This document shows, in pieces, positions 45,054 through 54,337 of a stretch of 64,000 bases of DNA (positions within the stretch are counted from its first letter, which is position 1; every line of letters begins with the position of its first letter). Source of the DNA: Flavobacteriales bacterium. GTDB lineage: Bacteria; Bacteroidota; Bacteroidia; Flavobacteriales_F; PHOS-HE28. The stretch is from contig JBDTNF010000250.1 in NCBI GenBank assembly GCA_039933875.1, positions 1,359 through 65,358 of the forward strand. The letters are read 5' to 3'. A program made the translations under genes and the position numbers. The notes under the pieces are model-generated. The model was not told the DNA's origin and did no database searches. It worked only from the letters and a program-made list of their open reading frames with translations.

Positions 45054-46082
45054 ATGAAACACTGGTGGTGGAAGGTTCTGGCGGTGGGTTTGCTCCTGTT
45101 CGCATCCATTGCCGCACTGCGTGTTCCACTTCTGCCCGCGCTGGTGCATGTGTCACCGGACCGGATCGCGCCGGGGCCTGCCGAGATCACTGTAACGGGG
45201 TACAACACACACTTCACGGACAAGGGTGCGTTGGCGGTGTGGATCGAGAACGGCCAGGGCAAGTGGTGCGCTTCGACCGTGACGCCGATCGACGACACCC
45301 ATCTGCGCATCACCGGACTGGACATACCTAACGGACTGAAGGAGAACTTGAGCACATTGGCGCTCTTCAGCGGCACGGATGGCTTGTTGCGGATGCCACA
45401 GGCACTTTGGACCGAGGGCACCGGGAACGGTGATGTAGCCGAGCGTGCGTCGTGCGTTCCGGGTGATACACGGAGCGGTCACTTCTTCGCCTTCCCCAAC
45501 CGCAGCATCCTCTACGAGAGCATCCGCAACCTGCACTTCCACGTGCCGATGTGGTTCGCGATGATCACGCTCATGGGCATCTCGGTGGTGTTCAGCATCA
45601 TGACACTTTCTTCGAATTCATTGGAGCATGACCGCAGCGCGGAGATGGCTGCACGCGTGGGGCTGGTGTTCTGCGCACTGGGCCTTGTTACGGGTGCCAC
45701 CTGGGCGCGGGGCACCTGGGGCGCGTTCTGGACTAACGATGTGAAGCTGAACGGCGCTGCCGTTACGGCATTGATCTACCTCGCCTACCTCGTACTGCGC
45801 GGTTCAGTGCAGGATGCATACAAGCGCGCCCGGCTGTCGGCGATCTACAACATCTTCGCGTTCGTGCTGCTGGTGCTGTTCCTCTTCGTGGTGCCGCGCC
45901 TCAACGCGGTGGACAGCCTGCATCCCGGCAACGGCGGCAACAGCGGCTTCAATGACCTGGACCTGGACAACCGGCTGCGCGCGATCTTCTACCCTGCTGT
46001 GCTTGGCTGGATCCTGCTGGGCGTATGGATGTTCAACCTGCGGGTGCGTGCCGCGCGCCTCGCCGATCAACTGGACCGATGA
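45054..46082 (+). CDS. ccmC: CcmC-type heme handling protein with N-terminal beta-sandwich extension
   Basis: WWD-type motif WGAFWTNDVKLNGA. Flanking His residues lie in NLHFHVPMW and DSLHPGNGG. An extra soluble segment of about 150 aa follows the first TM. Confidence 0.8.
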   Translation: MKHWWWKVLAVGLLLFASIAALRVPLLPALVHVSPDRIAPGPAEITVTGYNTHFTDKGALAVWIENGQGKWCASTVTPIDDTHLRITGLDIPNGLKENLSTLALFSGTDGLLRMPQALWTEGTGNGDVAERASCVPGDTRSGHFFAFPNRSILYESIRNLHFHVPMWFAMITLMGISVVFSIMTLSSNSLEHDRSAEMAARVGLVFCALGLVTGATWARGTWGAFWTNDVKLNGAAVTALIYLAYLVLRGSVQDAYKRARLSAIYNIFAFVLLVLFLFVVPRLNAVDSLHPGNGGNSGFNDLDLDNRLRAIFYPAVLGWILLGVWMFNLRVRAARLADQLDR

Positions 46083-46291
46083 GAACACTCGCCTTCCTCT
46101 CTTTGCTGCTCCTCGCGATGAGCGCCCACGCACAGAACGCCGCGCCGAGCTGGCTGGAGAACACGCTCTACGGCAATGGCAAACTGAACACGGTGCTCAT
46201 CGTGGTGTCGGTCATCATCGTCGGCATCGGCTTCTGGATGTTCACCATGGACCGGCGCATCAAGCGGATGGAGGAGCGCATGAAGAAATAA
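46079..46291 (+). CDS. ccmD: CcmD-like small membrane protein
   Basis: 70 aa. ATGA overlap with ccmC, one internal TM and a basic tail RRIKRMEERMKK. Positioned between ccmC and ccmE. Confidence 0.6.
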   Translation: MRTLAFLSLLLLAMSAHAQNAAPSWLENTLYGNGKLNTVLIVVSVIIVGIGFWMFTMDRRIKRMEERMKK

Positions 46292-46299
46292 GACCGACC

Positions 46300-46689
46300 A
46301 TGAAACGCAGTCACATCATCGCCATCGTCATCATCGCCGTTGCCATCGGGATGTTGGTGGGTTCGCTTTACGATAGCAGCACCTACGCCGATCTGGACCA
46401 AGCCCTGGAGCATCCCGGCAAGGAATACCACGTGGTGGGTGTGCTCGATCGTTCGCAGGAGATCATCTACGAACCGAGCCTCAACGCGAGCCTCACCACC
46501 TTCACGATGAAGGACCTGGAAGGCCGCTCGTGCAAAGTGCTCCTGGCCAAGGCCAAGCCGCAGGACCTCGAACGTAGCGAGCGCGTGGTGCTCATCGGCA
46601 AGGCGAACGCGAACGGCGAGTTCGAAGCGCGGGACATGCTGATGAAATGCCCGAGCAAGTACAACGAGGAGAACAAGATCACGGGATGA
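46300..46689 (+). CDS. ccmE: Heme chaperone CcmE, cysteine (CXXXY) variant
   Basis: N-terminal TM plus OB-fold. The C-terminal LMKCPSKYNEE aligns with canonical LAKHDENY, so Cys replaces the heme-binding His. Confidence 0.8.
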   Translation: MKRSHIIAIVIIAVAIGMLVGSLYDSSTYADLDQALEHPGKEYHVVGVLDRSQEIIYEPSLNASLTTFTMKDLEGRSCKVLLAKAKPQDLERSERVVLIGKANANGEFEARDMLMKCPSKYNEENKITG

Positions 46690-46720
46690 CGTCAGGTCGT
46701 CGATCGCGTTCCGCAGTCGT

Positions 46721-46746
46721 TGTAACGTCGACCCATTGGGTCGACC
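46721..46746. repeat. Palindromic repeat copy 1 (TGTAAC-GTCGACCCATTGGGTCGAC-C)
   Basis: Perfect 9+1+9 palindrome, 26 nt upstream of the ccmF ATG. 23/26 identical to 60508-60533. Confidence 0.8.
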
Positions 46747-46771
46747 AGGATCAATAGAGCAGGACCAGGAG

Positions 46772-49579
46772 ATGGACAGCGGAACGATCAACTACATCGG
46801 CGAGCACCTTTGGGCGGGTACGTTGGGGCATGTCCTCACGATCGTCTCGTTGGTCGCTTCGGCCCTGGCCACGCTGGCCTTCTTCCTTGGTGCATTGCGC
46901 AGGAACGGGGAATGGACGGCGCTGGGTCGCCTCGCCTTCCGCATGCACAGCGTCGCGGTGGTGGGCATCGTTGTCACGCTGTTCACGATGCTTTTCAACC
47001 ACTGGTTCGAGTACGACTATGTGTGGAAGCACAGCAACCTCCAGATGCCCATGCGGTACATCGCGAGCTGCTTCTGGGAAGGCCAGGAGGGATCGTTCCT
47101 CTTGTGGACCTTCTGGCACATGGTGCTCGGCAATATCCTCATCTACCGCGCGAAGGAGTGGGAGCCGCATGTGATGACGATCGTGGCGCTGGTGCAGGTC
47201 TGCCTGGCCACCATGCTGCTGGGGATGTATGTGGGCGATGTGCGCGTGGGCAGCAGCCCGTTCCTTTTGATCCGTGAATTGCCAGAGAACCTTGGCCTGC
47301 CGTGGACCGGCATGGCGAGTTACCTCACCGCCATCCCGCAATTCGCCGATGGCCGCGGCCTGAACCCTTTGTTGCAGAACTACTGGATGGTGATCCATCC
47401 GCCCACATTGTTCCTTGGTTTCGCGAGCACATTGGTGCCGTTCGCCTACGCTATCGCCGGTCTCTGGCGTGGCGACAAGCGCGGTTGGATGGCACCGGCT
47501 CTTTCCTGGACCTTCTTCGGCGTGATGATCCTCGGCACGGGTGTGCTCATGGGCGGTGCTTGGGCCTACGAGGCGTTGAGCTTCGGCGGCTTCTGGGCCT
47601 GGGATCCGGTGGAGAACGCATCGCTCGTTCCATGGTTGACGCTCGTGGGCACGGGCCACCTCCTGCTGGTGAACAAGCGCAAGGAGACATCGCTCTTCAG
47701 CGCGTTCCTGCTCGCCATCCTCACCTTCATCCTGGTCCTCTACTCCACCTTCCTCACGCGCAGCGGTGTGCTCGGCGATACCAGCGTACACAGCTTCACC
47801 GGCGATGGCATGCTTCCGGGGTTGCTGTTGTTCCTGCTCTTCTTCGTCGGGCTCAGTGTGATGATGTTGCTACCCGACAAGGGCGGTCGCCGCTTTTATG
47901 CGCTGATCAGTGTGGCACTGCTGGCGATCGGGATCTCGTTGGAGATCCAAGTGCAGGCGATCCTCCTTTTCGGGGCGATCTCCGTCGGCATGATCATCGT
48001 CGCCTACCGCAAAGGCTTCGCACACGCCGATGCGGAGGAATCGCTGTGGTCGCGTGAATTCTGGTTGTTCATCGCTTCATTGGTCCTCTTGCTCAGCGCC
48101 ATACAGATCACCTTCACCACGAGCATACCGGTCTTCAACCTGCTGCTCGAACCCTTCGGTCAAGCGTTCACGTGGCTGGGCGAAAAGACCGGCAGCGCGT
48201 TCATCACCGGTCTTGCCGCTGCCAAACTGGCCCCACCGGTCCAGGCCATCGCGCACTTCAACAAATGGCAGGTGCCCTTCGCCTTCGTGGTCACCATCCT
48301 CGTCGCCTTCACGCAATACCTGCGCTGGAAGGACAGCGACATGAAGAAATTCCGGCAGCAACTGCTGCTCTCCGTGGTGATCGCCGGCCTGGCAACGGTC
48401 GCGGCCGTGCTCTGGCTGAAGTACACCTGGAGCGACATGACGCTGGTCGCGCTTTTCTTCTCCACGTCGTTCGCCGCAGTGGCCAACGCCGCTTACATCG
48501 GCAAGGTGCTCAAAGGCAGCTTGAAGAGCGCCGGTCCTTCCGTCGCGCACACGGGCTTCGCGCTCGTCTTGCTGGGTGCGCTCATCAGCACCAGCCGCAA
48601 GGATGAGGTGAGCCGAAATTCGAAGGGCATGGACCTGCGCCTGCTCAACGAGGAGTTCAACAACAGTTCGGATATCCTGCTCTTCAAGGGCGATACGGTG
48701 CGCATGGGCGACCATTACGTGGAGTACCACGGCAAGCGCAAGGACGGGGTGAACCTGCACTACGGCATGGATTACTTCGCGGCCGTGCCGCAGGATTATC
48801 GTACCGGCGACACGGTGCGCGTGGGCGAAACGCTCTTCATCGCGCGCGACGATCACAAGGCGGGTACCCTATTCCTTTCCGACCAGCCCGATCACTGGCA
48901 GCCGCTGGAACAATACACACGGCGCCAGCTCTGGCACGCGCACGATTGGACCGCAACACACCCGGGAGAGCGTGTGTTCCAACTGGATCCACTCGTGCAG
49001 ATCAACCCGCGTTTCGGGAACGTCGCGGAGCCCAGCACCAAACACTGGCCCGGGCACGACCTCTACACGCACGTACGCTACGCCGATCTCGTCATGGCCA
49101 GCGACACCGCCGACGATGACTGGATGCCCGATCGCCTGTACGACAAGCAGGTCGGCGACACCATCGTGACACCGACCAGCGTGGTGATGATCGACAGCGT
49201 GTACACCGTGAGCGACAGTGTGACCCGGAAGATGCTCGGTGAGAACTACATCGTGTACGCGGCGAAACTCAGGATCCGCGACCTGTACCGACCCGACCGC
49301 TGGTTCGAGGCGCGCCCCGTGCTCATCTATTCGAACGGCCAACCGGTCGCCGGCAAAGCCGCCGAAGTGGAAGCGTTGCGCATCAAGTACAGCCTGGCCA
49401 CCGTGGATGGTGACAAGGTGGGTATCAATGTGGCGGAATCGGAGTTCGTGGTGATGCAGGCGATCGTATTCCCGGGCATCAATGTGCTATGGATCGGCTG
49501 CGTGCTGATGTTCCTGGGCACCTTCATGGCCGTGCGCCAGCGCGTGAAGCAGGGTCACCTTCCTACAGGGAAGGCATAA
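46772..49579 (+). CDS. ccmF: Cytochrome c heme lyase CcmF (long form)
   Basis: WGGFWAWDPVENASLVPWL (WWD domain), conserved His residues and about 15 TM segments. A periplasmic C-terminal region of about 300 aa precedes the last TM. Confidence 0.9.
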   Translation: MDSGTINYIGEHLWAGTLGHVLTIVSLVASALATLAFFLGALRRNGEWTALGRLAFRMHSVAVVGIVVTLFTMLFNHWFEYDYVWKHSNLQMPMRYIASCFWEGQEGSFLLWTFWHMVLGNILIYRAKEWEPHVMTIVALVQVCLATMLLGMYVGDVRVGSSPFLLIRELPENLGLPWTGMASYLTAIPQFADGRGLNPLLQNYWMVIHPPTLFLGFASTLVPFAYAIAGLWRGDKRGWMAPALSWTFFGVMILGTGVLMGGAWAYEALSFGGFWAWDPVENASLVPWLTLVGTGHLLLVNKRKETSLFSAFLLAILTFILVLYSTFLTRSGVLGDTSVHSFTGDGMLPGLLLFLLFFVGLSVMMLLPDKGGRRFYALISVALLAIGISLEIQVQAILLFGAISVGMIIVAYRKGFAHADAEESLWSREFWLFIASLVLLLSAIQITFTTSIPVFNLLLEPFGQAFTWLGEKTGSAFITGLAAAKLAPPVQAIAHFNKWQVPFAFVVTILVAFTQYLRWKDSDMKKFRQQLLLSVVIAGLATVAAVLWLKYTWSDMTLVALFFSTSFAAVANAAYIGKVLKGSLKSAGPSVAHTGFALVLLGALISTSRKDEVSRNSKGMDLRLLNEEFNNSSDILLFKGDTVRMGDHYVEYHGKRKDGVNLHYGMDYFAAVPQDYRTGDTVRVGETLFIARDDHKAGTLFLSDQPDHWQPLEQYTRRQLWHAHDWTATHPGERVFQLDPLVQINPRFGNVAEPSTKHWPGHDLYTHVRYADLVMASDTADDDWMPDRLYDKQVGDTIVTPTSVVMIDSVYTVSDSVTRKMLGENYIVYAAKLRIRDLYRPDRWFEARPVLIYSNGQPVAGKAAEVEALRIKYSLATVDGDKVGINVAESEFVVMQAIVFPGINVLWIGCVLMFLGTFMAVRQRVKQGHLPTGKA

Positions 49580-49680
49580 AGAGCAGCGGGAGTTCCCGCC
49601 TGACACACTTCCGGCTGCCCACCGGCGTTCAATGCCTCCGCGTCCATGAACTTCCACGGTGCTGACATGTACTGCCCTGC

Positions 49681-51294
49681 ATGAACACTCCGTCCGCCTC
49701 CCACCGACCCGGGGGATCGAACTCCCGTTGGGCCATGATCCTCGTGATCTTCATCGGCCTCACCGCCGTCTCCACCCTGGTGGTCATGTCGTTCACCGCT
49801 CCCGGCCCGGTCCTTCCGACGGATCTCTCGGAGGTGTGGCGCACGTTGACCATACCGGTCGAACTGGTACCGGCTTCTGTGGACAGTGTTCGGACGAACG
49901 ACTACGACGCTCTTCGGGAAGTGCTGGAAATGAACGAGAAGTTCCGCGGATCGCTGCCGACCTCGTTCAAGGCAGGGCAAGTTGAACGGGGGCCCTTGCT
50001 CAACCGCATCATCGAAAAAGAGGACGGGTACCGGATCACGACGGAGCAGCGATCGATGATGGCGACGCCGAGCATCTCGGGGAACCGCCTCTTCGTGCCG
50101 GGCGGCTTCGGGTCCAAGGTCTACTACGCCTTCGACCTTGAGACGCATAAACCGCTCTGGACGGCGAACCTTGATGACGATGGTCCTTCACCGGCGGCCT
50201 GCACGGATTCGCTCATCGTGTTCAACACTGAATCGTGCACCATGTTCGTCCTCGACCAACTCACGGGCAAGATGCTCTGGTCGCGCTGGCTTGGCGATCC
50301 GCTGATGTCGACCCCGATGGTCGCGCAGGGCCGCGTGTTCACCTCCTATCCGAAAGGGATCCAGTCCCATGACAATGGACCATCGGTTCCGAACACGATG
50401 GCCCCCTCTCATCCCTTCGTGTGTTTCGACCTGCGCCAAGGCACCATCCTCTGGCAGGTCTGGCTCGATGGCGATGTCCTGTCGACGGCGGTGGCCGATG
50501 AGGGATCCATCTACCTGACAACGTTCCCGGGGACCTTGTACAAACTGGACCAACAGACGGGCACGATCCAGGCCGCGATGGGCATGCGAGCCACCTCGGT
50601 CCCTGCTATCATGGGCGAGGAGATCTTCGTGACAAAACGTGCGGACAAGGATAGCACGGTCATGGAGTCGATCGCCGTGCTGGATCGGAGCACGCTGGGC
50701 TTTCTCAGGGAGTTCCGCGCGCGGAAAGCCGTCTACCTGGACCATCGCGTTCAATCCAAGTCGCGCTACAAGTCCTCTGCGCTCGCCTACGACGCAGGCA
50801 ATGGGTTCGCGGATGGTGCACCCGCCTCCTCCGGGGCCTTCCAGGCGGAAAGGAACATCGGGGCCTCGAACGTTTCCTCGCTGCAAGCCTTCATGGGATC
50901 GACGATCATCCCGTTCGACGGTTCGCTCTACACGCTCATGGGCGATTCGCTCTTCTGCCTGGAGCCCGCGCTCGGCGATGTTCGCTGGTCGCTGAAGATC
51001 ACCGCCGACATGCACGCGGAAGGGGGCACCGCCGCGACCGCCCCGATCGTCTGCGATGCCTATGTGGTGACCGCCACCATTACTGGCCGTGTCATCGTAT
51101 GCGATCGCCGCAGCGGACAGGTGAAACTGGACCTCGCGGCAGGCGGTCCGGTACGGTACGCCCCGATCATGGTCAAGGGTAAATTGTACGTGCCGACCAC
51201 CGACGGTGAACTCGTCTGCCTCGACACCAAGGATGCAGCGCTCGATGGATGGCCCATGCTTATGCGATCGGCCGATCATTTCTGCGCGCGCTGA
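49681..51294 (+). CDS. PQQ-like (BamB-type) beta-propeller repeat protein, membrane-anchored
   Basis: N-terminal TM. Repeated blocks of the type G..LW...L.....S.P.V..G.V are present (GKMLWSRWLGDPLMSTPMVAQGRVF; GTILWQVWLDGDVLSTAVADEGSIY). Confidence 0.7.
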   Translation: MNTPSASHRPGGSNSRWAMILVIFIGLTAVSTLVVMSFTAPGPVLPTDLSEVWRTLTIPVELVPASVDSVRTNDYDALREVLEMNEKFRGSLPTSFKAGQVERGPLLNRIIEKEDGYRITTEQRSMMATPSISGNRLFVPGGFGSKVYYAFDLETHKPLWTANLDDDGPSPAACTDSLIVFNTESCTMFVLDQLTGKMLWSRWLGDPLMSTPMVAQGRVFTSYPKGIQSHDNGPSVPNTMAPSHPFVCFDLRQGTILWQVWLDGDVLSTAVADEGSIYLTTFPGTLYKLDQQTGTIQAAMGMRATSVPAIMGEEIFVTKRADKDSTVMESIAVLDRSTLGFLREFRARKAVYLDHRVQSKSRYKSSALAYDAGNGFADGAPASSGAFQAERNIGASNVSSLQAFMGSTIIPFDGSLYTLMGDSLFCLEPALGDVRWSLKITADMHAEGGTAATAPIVCDAYVVTATITGRVIVCDRRSGQVKLDLAAGGPVRYAPIMVKGKLYVPTTDGELVCLDTKDAALDGWPMLMRSADHFCAR

Positions 51295-51363
51295 GCAAGG
51301 GGTCCTTCATGCCTGACCGGACAATTCGGACCTTCGCACCCTATCCGCACGGATAGGCTCACG

Positions 51364-52149
51364 ATGCGAACCCCCACCGTCCTCCTGATCGGCACAGGCC
51401 GCATGGCCTATCACCTGGGTCATGCCATGGTGAAGGCCGGTGTGACCGTGGTCGGTGTGGCCGGACGCAACAGCGAACGACTCGCCGATCTCGCCCGTTT
51501 CCTGGATCGACCCTCCTTCCGCCTAGGTCATGCGCTGCCGGAAGCTGAGTTGATCCTTGTGGCGACAAGCGATGATTCCATCGCCGAGGTCGCTGGTGCG
51601 TTGGCCGTCGCGAACACCGTCGTTGCCCATACGGCCGGGGCCATGGCCTTGGACACGTTGGCTCCCCACGCACATCGCGGCGTCATCTGGCCCATCCAGA
51701 GCCTCAGCCACGGCGCGCCCGCCGACCTGAAAGACGTGCCCCTGGTGGTGGACAGCAACAGCGACCCGGCGCGCGATGTGATGCTGCGCCTGGCGCGTGC
51801 CATCTCGGACAGTGTCTATGAACTGCCGCATGAACAGCGCGAATTATTGCATCTCGCCGCCGTGCTCACGAGCAATTTCCCCGTGTTCCTGGTGGGTGAG
51901 GCGCAACGGCTTTTGAGACAACAGAAACTCCCCCCCGACCTGTTGATGCCGCTCTGGCGCTCCACCGCGAACAAGGTGAGCACCATCGGCCCGGAGGGAT
52001 CGCTCACCGGCCCCGCCCGGCGCGGCGATGCGACAACCATACAGCGACACCTCGATCTCTTAACGGCGGAACCCGATCTTCGCCGCGCCTACGCGTTGCT
52101 CAGTGACATGATCCTGCGCGCGCACGGCCACAGGAACGATGGACGGTAA
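51364..52149 (+). CDS. Rossmann-fold/DUF2520 domain protein
   Basis: N-terminal LLIGTGRMAYHLG dinucleotide-binding motif. The C-terminal half has LTGPARRGD, typical of DUF2520. Confidence 0.7.
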   Translation: MRTPTVLLIGTGRMAYHLGHAMVKAGVTVVGVAGRNSERLADLARFLDRPSFRLGHALPEAELILVATSDDSIAEVAGALAVANTVVAHTAGAMALDTLAPHAHRGVIWPIQSLSHGAPADLKDVPLVVDSNSDPARDVMLRLARAISDSVYELPHEQRELLHLAAVLTSNFPVFLVGEAQRLLRQQKLPPDLLMPLWRSTANKVSTIGPEGSLTGPARRGDATTIQRHLDLLTAEPDLRRAYALLSDMILRAHGHRNDGR

Positions 52150-52666
52150 GACCTACAAAGAGCGACTGGCCGGGCTGGACACCTTCCTCTTCGATGTGGA
52201 TGGTGTTTTCACGGACAACAAGGTGCTGCTGTTCCCCGGCCTCGACCCGGTGCGCACGTTCAACAGCCGCGATGCGTATGTGATCCAGCACGCTGTGAAG
52301 GAAGGCCTGCGCATCGTCATCCTCACCGGAGGCAGGAGCGCGGGTGTGGAGGAGTCCTTCGGGCGGTTGGGTGTGAAGGAGTTCTTCTATCACGTTTATG
52401 ACAAGAGCGCCAAACTCGATGAGTTGATCGCCAACACCGGTCTCATCCCGGCGCGCACGGCCTACATGGGCGACGACATCCCCGACCTGCGCGTGATGCA
52501 ACGCGTCGGCTTCCCCTGCTGCCCGGCCGATGCCGCAGAGGAGGTCAAGGCGATCAGCGCGTTCGTGAGCAGGCAGCCCGGTGGCGGTGGCTGCGTGCGC
52601 GACCTGCTCGAACAGGTGATGAAGGTGCAGGGGAAGTGGCTCACCGAAGGCGCACACACCTGGTAA
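52139..52666 (+). CDS. kdsC: KDO 8-phosphate phosphatase (HAD-IIIA)
   Basis: FDVDGVFTD (DxD nucleophile motif), ILTGG and YMGDDIPD. Confidence 0.85.
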   Translation: MDGKTYKERLAGLDTFLFDVDGVFTDNKVLLFPGLDPVRTFNSRDAYVIQHAVKEGLRIVILTGGRSAGVEESFGRLGVKEFFYHVYDKSAKLDELIANTGLIPARTAYMGDDIPDLRVMQRVGFPCCPADAAEEVKAISAFVSRQPGGGGCVRDLLEQVMKVQGKWLTEGAHTW

Positions 52667-52667
52667 C

Positions 52668-53699
52668 ATGCGCGACCTGCTCCGCCTCACCCGCCCGGTC
52701 AACCTGTTGATCATCGTTGCCACCATGCTCCTGATGCGCTACGGCGTGATCGGGGGGAACCTCGAACGCGGCTTGAACGACTTGATCGGGCAGGCCGGAA
52801 CGGAAGTGCAGCGCGACCAGCTCTCGCTACCCGATCATTTCGGTCCGCAGATGCCCCTGTACCTCTTCGTGTTGCTGGTGTTGAGCACCGTGCTCATCGC
52901 TGCGGCGGGGAACATGATCAACGACTATTTCGACACGCGCATCGACCGCATCAACAAACCGGACCAGGTGATCGTGGGGCGCACCGTGAAACGGCGCGTG
53001 GCGATGACGGGACATATGGTGCTCAGCGGTCTCGGACTGATCATCGGGATGTTCGTGGCGTGGCGCTCGGGCATGTTGAAGTGGGCCCTCATCCCCGCGT
53101 TCTCCATCGGGGCGCTGTGGATGTATAGCACCTCGCTGAAGCGACGATTGATCATCGGGAACGTGACGGTGGCGTTGCTCACGGCATTGGTGCCGCTCAC
53201 CGTGGGGCTTTACGAGATCCCCTTGATGAAACAGGCCTTCACCGCGGACCCGATCGTGGTCGGGGTCCCTGGCGACGCATTCTACGGTATGGAGATCCCG
53301 TACCGTGTGTTCTGGTACTGGTTCCTCGCCTTCACCGGGTTCGCCTTCCTGAGCACGCTGCTGCGCGAGTTGCAGAAGGACATGGCCGATGTGAAAGGCG
53401 ACGAGGCACACGGCTGTCGCACCATCCCCATCGTCTGGGGCATGAAATGGGCGAGGACCCTCGCACTGCTGCACACCGGCGTGATCATCGTGCTGTTGCT
53501 TGGGCTGAGAAAATTCATCCTGCACGACACCCTCTCGTTCTGGTACATCGGCATCGGGATCATCGCCCCCTTGCTGGTATCGGCCGGGTTCACCTGGTCG
53601 GCGACCGCGCGCGCTGAGTTCGTACGTGCCGGTAACGTGCTGAAGCTGGCGATGGTGGCTGCGATCTGCTTCGCGGCGGTGATCCGCTTCCTGCCATGA
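52668..53699 (+). CDS. UbiA-family prenyltransferase
   Basis: NMINDYFDTRIDRIN (NDxxDxxxD), a second Asp-rich region KDMADVKGD, and about 8-9 TM segments. Confidence 0.85.
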   Translation: MRDLLRLTRPVNLLIIVATMLLMRYGVIGGNLERGLNDLIGQAGTEVQRDQLSLPDHFGPQMPLYLFVLLVLSTVLIAAAGNMINDYFDTRIDRINKPDQVIVGRTVKRRVAMTGHMVLSGLGLIIGMFVAWRSGMLKWALIPAFSIGALWMYSTSLKRRLIIGNVTVALLTALVPLTVGLYEIPLMKQAFTADPIVVGVPGDAFYGMEIPYRVFWYWFLAFTGFAFLSTLLRELQKDMADVKGDEAHGCRTIPIVWGMKWARTLALLHTGVIIVLLLGLRKFILHDTLSFWYIGIGIIAPLLVSAGFTWSATARAEFVRAGNVLKLAMVAAICFAAVIRFLP

Positions 53700-54295
53700 G
53701 CGCACCACTCCCCTGGCGCTTGGTGCTCGCCTCGGCATCACCGCGAAGACGCCAGCTGCTGCAAGGCCTGGACCTGCCGGTGGAGATCACCAGTGTCGAT
53801 GTGGATGAGACCCCACCACCGGGCATGCCCGATGACCAGGTGGCCGAGTACCTCGCACGGAAGAAGGCCGATGCATGGACAGGCACACTCGCACCCGATC
53901 AAGTGTTGGTCACCGCCGACACCACGGTGCTCATCGATGAGCATCTCTTGAACAAGCCCCTCGATGATGCCGACGCGCGCCGCATGCTCGCCTTGCTGGC
54001 CGGGCGTGAACACCGGGTCATCACCGGGGTATGCCTGCGCACGACCACAACAACGAAGAGCTTCGCCGATATCGCCCTCGTGCGTTTCCGCGCGTTGAGC
54101 GCGGAGGAGATCGCCTACTACGTCGATCGCCACAAGCCGCTCGACAAGGCAGGCGCCTATGGTGTGCAGGACTGGATCGGCTATACGGGAGTGGAACGCA
54201 TTGTCGGGAGCTTCTATACCGTGATGGGCCTGCCCATGCATCGGGTCTATGAAGAGCTCCGATCGTTGACACCTGCTTTTCACGGTACTTTGTAA
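53696..54295 (+). CDS. maf: Maf family nucleoside triphosphate pyrophosphatase
   Basis: LVLASASPRRRQLL, ADTTV and KAGAYGVQD motifs. Confidence 0.9.
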   Translation: MSAPLPWRLVLASASPRRRQLLQGLDLPVEITSVDVDETPPPGMPDDQVAEYLARKKADAWTGTLAPDQVLVTADTTVLIDEHLLNKPLDDADARRMLALLAGREHRVITGVCLRTTTTTKSFADIALVRFRALSAEEIAYYVDRHKPLDKAGAYGVQDWIGYTGVERIVGSFYTVMGLPMHRVYEELRSLTPAFHGTL

Positions 54296-54337
54296 CATCA
54301 AGGCCGATCGGCCGTCCCATCTTTAAAGTGTTGCACT

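Noticed and set aside
51340-51357. Short hairpin CCTATCC-GCAC-GGATAGG after the PQQ-propeller gene, and GCGGG-AGTT-CCCGC (about 49588-49601) after ccmF.
   Set aside because: The stems are only 5-7 bp and have no U-tract. They are plausible weak terminators but not distinguishable from chance.
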